Part shown: piece by piece, positions 50,248 to 61,182 of the stretch
How the letters are laid out: every line of letters begins with the position of its first letter
How positions within the stretch are numbered: position 1 is the stretch's first letter
Origin: an uncultured delta proteobacterium
GTDB taxonomy: Bacteria > Desulfobacterota > Desulfobacteria > Desulfobacterales > JAFDCJ01
Assembly: GCA_963769935.1 (NCBI GenBank)
Contig: CAVYNY010000003.1
Span: forward strand, 44,341-108,340
DNA: 64,000 nt
Direction of reading: 5' to 3'
The notes under the pieces: generated by a model
Seen by the model: only the letters and a program-made list of their open reading frames with translations
What the model was told of the DNA's origin: nothing
Databases searched by the model: none
Position numbers and translations under genes: made by a program

Positions 50248-50307
50248 GGTTTCAGGTGTCGGTCCATCCGCCGGCCAAAACAACGGCCGATCTGATCAAA
50301 AAAGAAA
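50248..50307 (-). repeat. partial family B repeat overlapping the lipoprotein gene stop
   Basis: ccgccggccaaaacaacggccgatctgatcaaaaaagaaa, near-identical to the 26.1 kb copy. Confidence 0.85.
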
Positions 50308-50775
50308 TTCTACAAAATTGGAATCTCTGCCGGCGATTCCCTCATTGTTGTAAGCCTTGACCTTGTAAATGTAGCGATAACCGGGTTCTATGGTTTGAAC
50401 AAAGATGATAGGCTGCCCGCCGGTTTGACCGCGACCGCCGCCCCGCACCGGAACGTCACCGATCTTTTTAAAAATTACGGGACAATTGGGACATTCCCTT
50501 TCATTGGCGGGTTGCTTGTATTGATAAATTAAAAAGCCGGTCACCGGAGTTTTGGCTTTTCCAGTTGTTTGGGGAATTGTCCAGCTAAGCTTAATCGTGT
50601 TTTCCGAAATGCCGTAGCTCAAATCACTAACCTTCGGCGGTTTATTTCCGCTGGGAGGTTCCGGAGGTCCCTTCTTGCCGCATCCCAAAACCAGGCCGGC
50701 CGCTGTCAACCAGACAACGACCGCGATAGCACCCGCAGTGGCGAAGTTTAGCTTCGTGAACGGTATATTGATCAA
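50296..50775 (-). CDS. fibronectin-III-like lipoprotein
   Basis: LGCGKKGPP lipobox, IKLSW, CPNCP, YIYKVKAY. Confidence 0.8.
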   Translation of the reverse strand: MINIPFTKLNFATAGAIAVVVWLTAAGLVLGCGKKGPPEPPSGNKPPKVSDLSYGISENTIKLSWTIPQTTGKAKTPVTGFLIYQYKQPANERECPNCPVIFKKIGDVPVRGGGRGQTGGQPIIFVQTIEPGYRYIYKVKAYNNEGIAGRDSNFVEFLF

Positions 50776-50802
50776 GTTCCGGGCTCCTCTGGTCTTGCTG
50801 TC

Positions 50803-52209
50803 CTAAAAATGCGGCAAAACTTTTTTGCTTTCAGCCAAAATTTTTTCGGCCTCGGCAATAGCCCGGCAAACATTCTTGCCGGCTGTACCGCCGTAAGAAG
50901 TTCGCCGCTCGATCATCCGGCGGATTTCCAAGTAGGAAAAAACGTCTTCTTGAATTAAACCGGAGAAAGTTTGCAATTCCTGCAGGGTCAACTCATGCAG
51001 CTCCTTTTTCTTTGAAAGTGCAAAACCGACCGCTTCTCCAACCCGACGATGAGCTTCCCGAAAAGCAACTCCCCGGTTCACCAGATAGTCGGCCAGATCG
51101 GTCGCGTCCAGAAACCCGGTGGAAGCGGCCATTTGCATATTTTCTTTATTGAATTTTATCTGCGGCAGCATCTCGGTGTAAATCTCAACACAGGCGGTCA
51201 AGGTGTCCACCGTTTCAAATAGAGGTGCTTTGTCTTCCTGCATGTCACGGTTATAGGCCAGCGGCAATGACTTCATTATGATCAACAAGGCTGTCAGGTT
51301 GCCGATGACGGCCCCGGTTTTGCCCCTTACCAGCTCAGGGACATCCGGATTTTTCTTTTGGGGCATGATGCTGCTGCCCGTGGCAAATGAATCCGGCAGT
51401 TCAATAAAATTAAATTCCGATGTCGACCACAAGATAAATTCTTCCGACAGGCGGCTGAGATGGATCATGCAGATGCCGGCCGCGGCCAAAAATTCAAGAA
51501 TAAAGTCCCGATCGGATACGGCATCGATGCTGTTGGCCGAAAGGGCCTCAAAGCCGAGAAGTTCAGCCGTATACTTTCGATCAATTGGATAGGCGGTTCC
51601 CGCCAAGGCCGCACAGCCCAGCGGCATCACGTTTATTCGCTGCAGGCCATCCCGGAAGCGCGCGATGTCGCGGGCGAACATTTCGTAATAAGCCATTAAA
51701 TGGTGGGACAAAAGTATCGGCTGGGCCCGCTGCGTATGGGTATAACCCGGCAAAATGGTATCGAGGTGCTGGCGGGCCAAAGCCACAATAACCGCCTGCA
51801 GCCGATGCAACCGGCGGATGATATCGGCGGTCTCGGCCCGCAAATACATCCTGACGTCCAGCGCGACCTGGTCGTTGCGGCTTCTAGCAGTATGGAGTTT
51901 GCGGCCCACCGGTCCCGAGATTTCAACCAGCCTGGATTCGATATGCATATGAATATCTTCCAGGCTGTCATCATATTGAAATTCGTCGTCTGCGATCTCC
52001 TGTCGAATTTTTTCAAGGCCCTCAATGATGGCGGCGGCTTCGGCATCGGTAATGATTGAAGCTCTCGCCAGGGTCTTGCAGTGGGCAACACTGCCCTGGA
52101 TATCATAGGCATAAAGCCGCCGATCCACCTGAATTGAAGAGGTAAAGGCCTCAACGATCCGAGCCGTCTTTTCTGAAAATCGTCCCTGCCATGGTTTTTC
52201 GGGCATCAT
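50803..52209 (-). CDS. argH: argininosuccinate lyase
   Basis: WQGRF, LHTARSRNDQ, GSSIMPQKKNPD. Confidence 0.97.
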   Translation of the reverse strand: MMPEKPWQGRFSEKTARIVEAFTSSIQVDRRLYAYDIQGSVAHCKTLARASIITDAEAAAIIEGLEKIRQEIADDEFQYDDSLEDIHMHIESRLVEISGPVGRKLHTARSRNDQVALDVRMYLRAETADIIRRLHRLQAVIVALARQHLDTILPGYTHTQRAQPILLSHHLMAYYEMFARDIARFRDGLQRINVMPLGCAALAGTAYPIDRKYTAELLGFEALSANSIDAVSDRDFILEFLAAAGICMIHLSRLSEEFILWSTSEFNFIELPDSFATGSSIMPQKKNPDVPELVRGKTGAVIGNLTALLIIMKSLPLAYNRDMQEDKAPLFETVDTLTACVEIYTEMLPQIKFNKENMQMAASTGFLDATDLADYLVNRGVAFREAHRRVGEAVGFALSKKKELHELTLQELQTFSGLIQEDVFSYLEIRRMIERRTSYGGTAGKNVCRAIAEAEKILAESKKVLPHF

Positions 52210-52283
52210 TCTACCGTCGAATTATGTTTTTGTGCGAATTACCCAAATCTACTCTTAGTCCCCCGGACAAGCCCGGATCTAGA

Positions 52284-52386
52284 ATTGAATATTGAAGATT
52301 GCATATTGAATATTTATGGAAGCCGCTTCGCTCCGCCTTTTTAAAAATGGATCCGCCTGTGTCGGACCTTTAATATTCAATTTTCA
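52284..52386. repeat. family A repeat
   Basis: attgaat/attgaag arms and ggaagccgcttcgctcc core; right arm runs into the argD stop. Confidence 0.85.
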
Positions 52387-53592
52387 TGACTGATGCTGCT
52401 CTTCTTCTTGCTTCTGCAGCAACTCGTCCAGGCAATCAATCAGCGCGTCAATTTCTTCTTTTTTGATGATCAGCGGCGGTACAAAACGTAGAATGTTTTC
52501 CTGAATGCAGTTGATAAAAAAACCGCGTTGCATGCATTGCGTGACCAGGGATTCCGCCTTGAATTTAAGACGCATTCCGAGCAGCATGCCGAGACCGCGC
52601 ACATCGACAATTGCCTCGTGGCGATCCTTAAGCCGGAGCAGTTGTTTTCTGAAATATTCTGCACTTTCCCGTCCCTGTGCGATGACCCCGCCTTCCAGAA
52701 GGGTTTTGCAGACCTCGAGCGCCGCCGCGGTAACAAGCGGGGTGCCGCCGAACGTCGAGGCATGCGCACCGGGTCCGAACGCCGAAGCCACTTGTTCTCT
52801 GGCCAGCATTGCCCCGATAGGCAACCCGTTGGCCAGTGCTTTGGCCAGGGTCATGATATCCGGCTCAACGCTGAAATGCTCATAGGCAAAAAGGCGGCCG
52901 GTGCGACCCATTCCGGTTTGAATTTCATCAAATATCAGCAGCGCGCCGCTTTCATCGCAAATCTGTCGAACCGCCTTTAAATAATCGGCATCGGGGCAGC
53001 GCACGCCGCCTTCTCCCTGGACGGGTTCAAGCATCACCGCACAGGTATCCGGTCGGATTTTTGAACGCAGCGCGGCCGCATCGTTAAAGGGTACAAAATC
53101 AAATCCCTCCAGCACGGGGTCGAATCCTTTTTTGATTTTATCCTGACCGGTGGCGGAAAGGGTCGCCATGGTTCTTCCATGAAATGACTGCTCCATGGTA
53201 ATAATTCGAAAACGCTGGTTTTCGCCGCGTTCTTTGTAATATTTGCGGGCCAGCTTGATGGCGGCTTCATTGGCCTCTGCCCCGCTGTTGCAAAAAAACA
53301 CTCTATCCGCGAAACTGTTTGCAATCAGCCAGGACGCCAACTCGACCTGCGGCACGGTATAGTAAAGATTGGATACATGCCACAAGGTTTGCGCCTGTGA
53401 AGCCAACGCTCCGACTGTTGCAGGGTGTGCGTGGCCCAGGTTACAGACGGCGATACCGGCTACAAAATCCGTGTAGCGGCGGCCTTCGATATCGTATAAA
53501 GTGCAACCGCTGCCTTTTGAAAGGACGACCGGAAAACGCTTATAGGTATTTGCGATGACTTTGTCAGCCCGTTCCATGATTTCAGTTGCCAT
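52384..53592 (-). CDS. argD: acetylornithine aminotransferase
   Basis: NSGAEANEAA, FHGRT, DEIQTG, TLAKALANG, STFGG; arg context. Confidence 0.93.
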   Translation of the reverse strand: MATEIMERADKVIANTYKRFPVVLSKGSGCTLYDIEGRRYTDFVAGIAVCNLGHAHPATVGALASQAQTLWHVSNLYYTVPQVELASWLIANSFADRVFFCNSGAEANEAAIKLARKYYKERGENQRFRIITMEQSFHGRTMATLSATGQDKIKKGFDPVLEGFDFVPFNDAAALRSKIRPDTCAVMLEPVQGEGGVRCPDADYLKAVRQICDESGALLIFDEIQTGMGRTGRLFAYEHFSVEPDIMTLAKALANGLPIGAMLAREQVASAFGPGAHASTFGGTPLVTAAALEVCKTLLEGGVIAQGRESAEYFRKQLLRLKDRHEAIVDVRGLGMLLGMRLKFKAESLVTQCMQRGFFINCIQENILRFVPPLIIKKEEIDALIDCLDELLQKQEEEQHQS

Positions 53593-53612
53593 TCATTCAC
53601 CCCCGCTTTAGA

Positions 53613-53745
53613 ATTGAAAAGTGTAGATTGAATATTGAATAATTAATGTCCGCCATCGGCGGGTCGTTTTTAAAGGTTGATTCAAGAAGATGACCGAGCG
53701 CAGCGAGTTCCACAAATATTAAATATTAAATTTTCAATATTCAAT
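53613..53745. repeat. family A repeat
   Basis: Same orientation and core as 28751-28876; abuts the hslU stop. Confidence 0.85.
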
Positions 53746-55119
53746 TTAAAGAATGTACCTGCTCAAATCCTCATCATCCTTGATGTCTTTTAATTTGTCT
53801 TCCACGTAGTTTTTATCGATGGTCATTCGCGTTTCTTTCATGTCCGGTGCGTCGAACAGGATGTCTTCCAGCAAACGCTCCATGAGGGTATGCAGTCTGC
53901 GCGCACCGATATTCTCCGTCTTATTGTTCACCTCTTCCGCTATTCTGGCAATATCCTCAACGGCATCATCTTCGAAGACGACATCAACACCTTCGGTTCG
54001 CAATAAGGCCATATATTGAAGCAGCAGGGCGTTTCTGGGTTCGGTGAGTATCCTGACAAACTCCGCCTGCCCTAAAGATTTCAGCTCGACGCGAATCGGA
54101 AAGCGTCCCTGCATCTCAGGAATGAGATCCGATGGTTTAACCGTGTGAAAGGCCCCAGATGCAATAAAGAGAATATGATCTGTCTTGGTAGGTCCGTATT
54201 TGGTGGTTACCGTGCTGCCTTCAACGATCGGCAAAAGATCCCTTTGCACGCCCTCCCGGGATACATCCGGTCCCTGCGTGCCGTTTTTTCCGGCTATTTT
54301 ATCGATTTCGTCTAGAAAAATGATGCCGGACTGTTCGACTCTGGCGATGGCATCTTTGATGACCTTATCCATATCCACCAGGTCCTGGGCTTCTTCCTGG
54401 GCCAGGATTTCCATTGCTTCCGGCACTTTTAACCGCCGGCGTTTGGTGCCCTTCGGAAACAGGCCGCCGAGCATGTCTTTAAAATTAATTCCCATTTCTT
54501 CCATTCCGACATTTGAGAAAATCTCCACCATCGGCATACTGCGCTCGGAAACGTCAAGATCCACGTAGCGATTGTCGAGTTTGCCCTTCCGCAGCATGCT
54601 GCGCAGCTTTTCCCGGGTTGATGAGGCTTCATCGCTGCCGGTTGCAACCAATTCAAATTGAACGTCTTTGGACTCATCGGCTTTGGCCGCGGCGGGTGTG
54701 CCGGATTTGGGAAGCAGCAGATCAAGCATACGGTCTTCGGCAATCTGCCAGGCTTTGTCCTGCACACTCTCCTGGGCCTGCACTTTGTAATGGTTGACGG
54801 TAAGCTCAACCAGGTCGCGCACCATCGACTCCACATCCCGCCCCACGTACCCGACCTCGGTAAACTTGGAAGCTTCGACTTTGATAAAGGGCGAGTCGGT
54901 CAGCCGGGAAAGCCGGCGTGCAATCTCCGTTTTCCCGACGCCGGTAGGTCCGATTAGAATAATATTTTTTGGGGCGATTTCATCGCGCAGCTCTTCCGGA
55001 ACCTGTTGCCGGCGCCAGCGGTTTCTCAAGGCGACGGCAACCGAACGTTTGGCTTGATTCTGGCCGATAATATACTTATCCAGTTCTTTTACAATCTCTG
55101 ACGGTTTCAGACTGCTCAT
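53746..55119 (-). CDS. hslU: HslUV protease ATPase subunit
   Basis: [37 protein letters not shown]. Confidence 0.97.
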   Translation of the reverse strand: MSSLKPSEIVKELDKYIIGQNQAKRSVAVALRNRWRRQQVPEELRDEIAPKNIILIGPTGVGKTEIARRLSRLTDSPFIKVEASKFTEVGYVGRDVESMVRDLVELTVNHYKVQAQESVQDKAWQIAEDRMLDLLLPKSGTPAAAKADESKDVQFELVATGSDEASSTREKLRSMLRKGKLDNRYVDLDVSERSMPMVEIFSNVGMEEMGINFKDMLGGLFPKGTKRRRLKVPEAMEILAQEEAQDLVDMDKVIKDAIARVEQSGIIFLDEIDKIAGKNGTQGPDVSREGVQRDLLPIVEGSTVTTKYGPTKTDHILFIASGAFHTVKPSDLIPEMQGRFPIRVELKSLGQAEFVRILTEPRNALLLQYMALLRTEGVDVVFEDDAVEDIARIAEEVNNKTENIGARRLHTLMERLLEDILFDAPDMKETRMTIDKNYVEDKLKDIKDDEDLSRYIL

Positions 55120-55361
55120 TTGGGGTCCTTGTTGATCATGAATCGAGATCCTTATTTTTTATATAAATGGAATTCTGTTAACATCATTGGGTGCTTATGT
55201 GGCTAAGATTTTGGTTTCTGAATACCAAATACTGGCTTACAAAGAATCATCTCCTTAATTTATCCAGCATCAAGAATCCAGTATCCAGCATCTCGCCTGC
55301 TATTGCAATAACGTGCACCGTTGATACTTTTTCAAGCTTATCCGCAGCCGGGTAAAAGGGG

Positions 55362-55895
55362 TCACATCTCCTCAATCGTGACGGAATCATTGGTATATAT
55401 ACAGAACGAGGCCGCAATTTTCATGGCCGCTTCCACGATGCTGCGAGCATCCAGGTCGGCATAATCGATCAACGCCTGAGCCGCCGCCTGAGCCGCAATA
55501 GACCCTGAACCGATAGCAATGATTCCTCTATCGGGTTCTATGACATCACCATTGCCGGAGATTAAATATAGGCTGTCTGCATCCACGGCAATCATAAAGG
55601 CTTCAAGCCGTCTCAGGTATTTGTCCGCACGCCATTCGCGCGCCAATTCAACCGTCGAACGGGTCAGGTTGCCGTTATAGCGCTCGAGTTTTTCTTCCAA
55701 GCGTTCCGACAGGTTCAGGGCATCTGCGGTGGCGCCGGCAAACCCGACAATGATTTTGTTGTTGTAAATGCGTCGCACTTTTTTGGCGAAGTGTTTGACC
55801 ACATGATTGTCCAAGGTGACTTGGCCGTCACCGGCAACCACAACTTGTCCCTTGTGTCTGACAGCCAGGATCGTCGTCCCGTGGAAGTTCATCAT
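55362..55895 (-). CDS. hslV: HslUV protease peptidase subunit
   Basis: HGTTIL, GDGQVT, GFAGATAD, AIGSG. Confidence 0.96.
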   Translation of the reverse strand: MMNFHGTTILAVRHKGQVVVAGDGQVTLDNHVVKHFAKKVRRIYNNKIIVGFAGATADALNLSERLEEKLERYNGNLTRSTVELAREWRADKYLRRLEAFMIAVDADSLYLISGNGDVIEPDRGIIAIGSGSIAAQAAAQALIDYADLDARSIVEAAMKIAASFCIYTNDSVTIEEM

Positions 55896-56085
55896 TTTTA
55901 TTATCCTGTTAATATCAAGCGTAGGAATTAAACTTCAAAATCCGGCCTCGCCGAGTCTAGACGCTCAGATAGTAGGGCTGTTGATCATTGGCCCGCTGCA
56001 GCGCAAGTCACTCTCTTTATAAAATGAACACAGCCAGGCCAAATACCTTAATTCGCCATTCTTCAATCGTCAATCGACATTCCAA

Positions 56086-57021
56086 TCATTTCCTCGGATG
56101 CGCCCGATCATAAGTCTCCATCAACCGATCGATGCTCACATGCGTATACTTTTGCGTTGTGGAGAGACTTTTGTGTCCCAAAAGTTCCTGGACGATTCTT
56201 AAATCGGCACCGGCATCCAGCATGTGTGTCGCAAAGGTGTGCCGCATGGTGTGCGGCGATACGGGTTTAAGCAGGCCGCACCTGTTCACCAGCTTAACTA
56301 AAATACGGGCCACCGATCGGGCGCTGATTCTGCCGTGGTCTTTGTTAAGAAAAAGCGGCCCATTGGCATCGGCGGAGATACCGGATTCTTCCTGCAACCC
56401 TGCCCGGTATGTCTTAACGGCCGCCAGCGCTTTTTGACCGATGGGTACGATCCGTTCCTTGCGGCCCTTCCCAAGAACCCGGATTACCGATCCTTTAAAA
56501 TCCACATCGTAAACGTTCAGCCCCACCAGTTCTGAAACTCTTATGCCGCACGAATATAGCGTCTCAAATATTGCCCGGTTCCTTAAATCCAGAATGCTGT
56601 CGGTTTGAATGGAATCGAGCAGTCGAAACATTTCGTCAACGGGCAAATATTGCGGAATGCTTTTGTCCTGTTTCGGAGTTAAAATAGATTCGGCCGGATT
56701 ATCCGCGATCACACCGCGTTTGACAAGATATTTAAAAAAAGATCGCACCGCGGAGAGTTTGCGTGCGATGGTGGTTTTTTTATTCCCTGTGTGCAACCAA
56801 CCCAGATAGCCTCTTATGGTGAGGTTGTTTACACTATCGATTTCAATTTGATCGATGGTCTGCGGGCGTTGGTTTCCCGGCAATCGACTTCGCGCAAGAT
56901 ATAATAGAAACCCTTCCAGATCATTGCGGTAACCTCGGCAGGTATTATCCGAGTATCCTTTCTCTACCGCTATAGATTCTATGAATCCGCTGATTAAAAC
57001 TTTAATCTGATTTTTTGCCAT
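56086..57021 (-). CDS. xerC: tyrosine recombinase XerC
   Basis: GIRVSEL, GKGRKER, HTMRH, LLGH, KYTH; xerC-hslVU synteny. Confidence 0.9.
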   Translation of the reverse strand: MAKNQIKVLISGFIESIAVEKGYSDNTCRGYRNDLEGFLLYLARSRLPGNQRPQTIDQIEIDSVNNLTIRGYLGWLHTGNKKTTIARKLSAVRSFFKYLVKRGVIADNPAESILTPKQDKSIPQYLPVDEMFRLLDSIQTDSILDLRNRAIFETLYSCGIRVSELVGLNVYDVDFKGSVIRVLGKGRKERIVPIGQKALAAVKTYRAGLQEESGISADANGPLFLNKDHGRISARSVARILVKLVNRCGLLKPVSPHTMRHTFATHMLDAGADLRIVQELLGHKSLSTTQKYTHVSIDRLMETYDRAHPRK

Positions 57022-57063
57022 CCGAACCCAATAACCTTAGAAACCTGATAACCTGTCGACTAA

Positions 57064-57383
57064 GGGTTCACGAAAAAACAAGTACACAATTTTAGGCGTT
57101 GCGGCGCCCGCATGGCAAGGCGCGAAAACGTAGGAATCCGCCGCGGCGGATTCCGAGCTTTCGCAACGCAGCCAAGCGGGATGCCGCGGGCGTATAAAAT
57201 GGGAAGTTATTTTTGAGTGAGCCCTAAGGGTTCACGGAAAAATTAATTCACAGTTTCAGGCGTTGAGGCGCCCTTCCAGCCAGGCGCGAAAACGCAGGAA
57301 TATCTGGATATTCCGAGCTTTCGCAACGCAGCTGGAAGAGATGCATCGGCGTATAAAATGTGAAGTTATTTTTTCGTGAGCCC
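57064..57383. mobile_element. two tandem MITE-like elements (57064-57224 and 57228-57383)
   Basis: Each begins GGGTTCAC and ends GTGAGCCC; TAA before, between and after; long internal palindromes. Confidence 0.75.
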
Positions 57384-57712
57384 TAAGCAGCGGCTTGGCG
57401 TGTTTTTTTCTTCAGCCTGGCGATGCGTCGTTTGTAAATGGTCGCCAATTTCCTGTTATTCGCCTCTAGGGCCGCCAGGCGCTGGGCTTTAAAGCCCTTT
57501 ATCTTCTGCTTTATTTCCCGGACGGAGGCATCTGTTTTTTTGACCGGCTCATCGGTGATACCCTTGACCTCTTTGATGGCGACGATCAATTCTTCCTTTT
57601 TCATGGCGTGTACGCCGGCAATTTCAGGAATATCCTTGGCCATGTCACGCAGATCTTTGACCGTCATTTTCTCCAGCGCTTTTTCCTTGGGTTCAACCTT
57701 TTCAGCACTCAT
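57383..57712 (-). CDS. small Rho-N-terminal-domain protein
   Basis: LEKMTVKDLRDMAK...HAMKKEELI, basic C-terminus. Confidence 0.8.
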   Translation of the reverse strand: MSAEKVEPKEKALEKMTVKDLRDMAKDIPEIAGVHAMKKEELIVAIKEVKGITDEPVKKTDASVREIKQKIKGFKAQRLAALEANNRKLATIYKRRIARLKKKTRQAAA

Positions 57713-58004
57713 ATGATGCAGTCTCTCCTTTTCTCACTCTTGAATGTAAAGCACAAGCGGAGGCTGCCAAGCCCCCGCTTTAACGCTTGAAATAAAACCA
57801 ACCCCTGGTTATCATCGGAATTAAACGGCTTCCGCGGCAATAAATAACTAAAAAATCTTTTTTTATTAACTATTTCTAATATTCCTGTCAATAGTTAAAG
57901 AAAGTGATTAACCCGCTTTTTGAGATTTGCGCCTGAAGAAACCGCACTAAGTCGGGTTGATAATGGGCCGGGCCACCAACGGCCATTCGATTTTAACCAG
58001 TTGC

Positions 58005-58772
58005 CTATTCCTTATCAAATCCCGTCTTGTGCATGGACATAAACGGCCGGAACAGCTCGATGGGGATCGGAAAAATAGTGGTCGAGTTGCTTTCGGTGGC
58101 CATTTCGTTCATGGTTTGGAGATACCTGAGCTGCAGCGCCGTGGGATGCTGCTCGATGATTACCGACGCTTCTGCCAGTTTCGCTGCGGCTTGAAATTCA
58201 CCTTCAGCGTTGATAACTTTGGCCCGTCGCTCTCTTTCAGCCTCGGCCTGCCGCGCCATAGCCCGCTGCATTTCCTGCGGCAGATCGATGTGTTTGAGTT
58301 CAACGGTGGCGACCTTAATACCCCAGGGATCCGTGTGCGTATCAAGGATCTCCTGCAGATGCGCATTAATTTTTTCTCTTTCCGACAAAAGTTCATCGAG
58401 CTCGGCCTGTCCGCAAACGCTGCGCAGGGTCGTCTGAGCCAGCTGCGACATGGCATAGCTATAATTTTCTACATCAATAATTGCCTTAATGGGGTCAATG
58501 ACTCTGAAATATATAACGGCATTCACTTTGACGGAAACATTATCCCGGGTTATGACATCCTGGGGATCCACATCCATTGCCACCAGCCGCAGACTTACCT
58601 TCACCATTTTATCAACAACCGGGATGAGTATAATCAAGCCCGGTCCTTTGGCATTGATTACGCGACCCAGCCTGAAAATTACACCACGTTCATATTCGTT
58701 TAGAATTCGCAGGGCTGCCGAAAGGAAAAAAAGGACAAGCACGACGATGGCAATCGGCGTAAACAGACTCAT
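58005..58772 (-). CDS. SPFH/band-7 (slipin) protein
   Basis: [37 protein letters not shown]. Confidence 0.95.
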   Translation of the reverse strand: MSLFTPIAIVVLVLFFLSAALRILNEYERGVIFRLGRVINAKGPGLIILIPVVDKMVKVSLRLVAMDVDPQDVITRDNVSVKVNAVIYFRVIDPIKAIIDVENYSYAMSQLAQTTLRSVCGQAELDELLSEREKINAHLQEILDTHTDPWGIKVATVELKHIDLPQEMQRAMARQAEAERERRAKVINAEGEFQAAAKLAEASVIIEQHPTALQLRYLQTMNEMATESNSTTIFPIPIELFRPFMSMHKTGFDKE

Positions 58773-58910
58773 ATCATCCTCCTTTGGTGGTTTGTTCACA
58801 TACTGACATCAAAAATCCGTTCCGGCATGCCGACTCAGGGGAAAACAGACAGGCCGCAAATAAATGCCGCGAAGCTTGGAATACTGGAATCTAAAAACGG
58901 GCGTCCGGTC

Positions 58911-60203
58911 TCAGGTAATGGATGCTTCATCCGCGGGTTCTACTTCCAAAGTTAAATTTACCACCTTTACTACACGCACTTTGGTATTTTCGTCAAGCGA
59001 TTCCCTGGCCCTGGCGTTCCATAATTCTCCGTGAACAAATACTTTACCTTCAGGTGTCAGGGCTTTTCTCACAATTCCGATCTCCCCCAGCAGGCCTCCC
59101 GAACCGGTAGACGGTTTCGATATTTGCGCACGAAATACCAGGCCTGCAACCGCCACAAAAAACCCGGATATCAGTATGACGGTCGGCAACAAGACATCCC
59201 AGGACAATTTCATGCCCGGTGTGCTGCCTTCAAAAAGCATCATGGAGCCCAGCAGCAGCGATACAATTCCGGCCACGCTTAAAAGCCCGTAGCTGGTGAT
59301 TTTCATCTCCAGGATAAAGAAAATTATGGCCAGCACAATCAACAAAATCCCGGCATAGTTTACCGGAAGCGTTTGCATGGCGAAAAAGGCCAGGATTAAA
59401 GATATACCGCCGATAACTCCCGGGAAGACGGCGCCCGGATGAGACAACTCAAAATAAAGCCCGGCCAATCCGATCATCATCAGAATATAGGCAATGTTGG
59501 GATTGCTGATGGTTTTTAGAATCTTGGTTCGCAGGGTTTCCTGGAGTTCAACTTGCTTGACATCATCGAGCTTAAGCACACCCCTGTCTTTTAATTTACG
59601 ACCGTTGAGTTGCCGAATCAGATCATCTGTGTTTTTCGCGATAAGGTCAATGACATTTTTTTTTAAGGCCTCGGTTTCGGTTACCGAGACGCTCTCGCGA
59701 ATCGCATCTTCCACCCAGTCAGCGTTGCGACCTCGTTTTTCGGCTACGCTTCTGGCCTGCGCGACCATATCGTTGACAATCTTTTCCGACATGGTCCCCT
59801 CAATATCTTGTCCGCCCGCGCCCACCGGATGGGCGGCCCCGATATTGGTCCCGGGTGCCATGGCCGCGACATCCGCCGCCATGGTGATCATCACACCGGC
59901 TGATGCGGCGCGGGCACCGCTTGGCGACACGTATACCACTACCGGCACCCGGCTTGCCAGTATGTTCTGGACGATTATGCGCATCGATTCCGCCAGTCCG
60001 CCGGGCGTATCCAGTTCGATGATAAGGCAGGCGGCCCCATTTTCTTCCGCTTGTTTAATTCCGGATTTTATGAAATCAGCCGTTCCCGGACTGATGACAT
60101 CCGCTACCTGAATGATGTCGACCTCCTTTTGTTCGGCCAGGACAAAATTCGGATCCAGAAATATAAGGAAAATCATTGCCGAAAGAAAAAAATTATTCTT
60201 CAT
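58911..60203 (-). CDS. nfeD: NfeD long form (ClpP-class membrane protease)
   Basis: LDTPGG, ARAASAG, TNIGAAHPV, GKVFVHGELW; adjacent to slipin. Confidence 0.92.
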   Translation of the reverse strand: MKNNFFLSAMIFLIFLDPNFVLAEQKEVDIIQVADVISPGTADFIKSGIKQAEENGAACLIIELDTPGGLAESMRIIVQNILASRVPVVVYVSPSGARAASAGVMITMAADVAAMAPGTNIGAAHPVGAGGQDIEGTMSEKIVNDMVAQARSVAEKRGRNADWVEDAIRESVSVTETEALKKNVIDLIAKNTDDLIRQLNGRKLKDRGVLKLDDVKQVELQETLRTKILKTISNPNIAYILMMIGLAGLYFELSHPGAVFPGVIGGISLILAFFAMQTLPVNYAGILLIVLAIIFFILEMKITSYGLLSVAGIVSLLLGSMMLFEGSTPGMKLSWDVLLPTVILISGFFVAVAGLVFRAQISKPSTGSGGLLGEIGIVRKALTPEGKVFVHGELWNARARESLDENTKVRVVKVVNLTLEVEPADEASIT

Positions 60204-60894
60204 AGCGATATTCCTTCATCAGCATTTTCATATCCTCCCACACATCGCGTTTTTTTTCGGGATTCCGCAAGAGGTAGGCCGGATGGTACGTTGGCAGGAC
60301 TTTAATTCCCTTGTACTCATGGAATCTCCCCCTGAGTTTTGAAATGCTCATCGTTGTTTGAAGCAGTGTCTGAGCGGCAAAGGTACCCAAGGCACAAATG
60401 AAGTCAGGCTGAATGGCGGCAATCTGGCGCTCCAGAAAGGGGAAACAGGTACTGATTTCATCGGACTCGGGATTGCGATTTCCCGGCGGACGGCACTTGA
60501 TGATATTGCATATATACACTTGGCTGCGGGTAAGATTTATGGCTTCGACAATGCGGGTAAGCAGCTGACCGGCGGCACCGACAAAGGGTTTCCCCTGTTG
60601 GTCTTCTTCGAATCCGGGTCCTTCGCCGACAAATACAAGTTTGGCGCCGGGGTTTCCGTCACCAAAGACGATCCGATTTCGTTCCCGGGCCAACCGGCAA
60701 CGCTGACAATCACCGAGATCCGCACGTATCTCGTCCAGCGTTTCAGAAAATAATTCAGGTCCCTGCCCCCACTTTTTAATTTTTTCAAGAGATTCCCGGG
60801 AGCAGTCGAAACCGTGATACCCGGTGGCGGATAGGAAACGTAGGCTGTTGTGGATTTCAGCGATGGCCCTATCGAATGCTTGTTTACCATTCAT
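60193..60894 (-). CDS. uracil-DNA glycosylase, family 4
   Basis: CQRC, VGEGPG, KCRPPGNR, TYHPAYLLRNP. Confidence 0.93.
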   Translation of the reverse strand: MNGKQAFDRAIAEIHNSLRFLSATGYHGFDCSRESLEKIKKWGQGPELFSETLDEIRADLGDCQRCRLARERNRIVFGDGNPGAKLVFVGEGPGFEEDQQGKPFVGAAGQLLTRIVEAINLTRSQVYICNIIKCRPPGNRNPESDEISTCFPFLERQIAAIQPDFICALGTFAAQTLLQTTMSISKLRGRFHEYKGIKVLPTYHPAYLLRNPEKKRDVWEDMKMLMKEYRYEE

Positions 60895-61017
60895 CGGTAA
60901 ATAAAGTTGCGGGTTATGGGAAAGACGGAGTGCAACATCACCATAATTTTCAAAATGTTGGGTATTCTAGCGCACGTCAGGCAATTTGTCGGCTTTTTTC
61001 TGGTTTAATATAAAGAT

Positions 61018-61046
61018 AGAATATCCATTCGAGCGAATTGTGTCAA
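61018..61046 (-). promoter_or_regulatory. sigma-70 promoter upstream of udg-nfeD-slipin
   Basis: TTGACA-N17-TATTCT on the minus strand. Confidence 0.6.
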
Positions 61047-61182
61047 GAACCGGCTGTTTTGAACAGCCGCCGCGAGATGGGACTGATTCGTATGAAGACT
61101 CCAACAAGAGGGCGACTGCGCCCGTTGAGGTTGGCTTCTGCCAACATAAAAGAATAAACCCGGCATTCACAATTACAAATGT

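Noticed and set aside
56086..57021. Phage/island integrase
   Set aside because: Length, motifs and hslVU synteny fit housekeeping XerC.
57061..57386. CRISPR array
   Set aside because: Two long homologous palindromic units, not short repeats with unique spacers; no cas genes.
57957..58703. Long antisense ORFs (also 28976-29671, 45484-46266, 61231-61917)
   Set aside because: Shadow frames of well-supported genes on the opposite strand, with no motifs.
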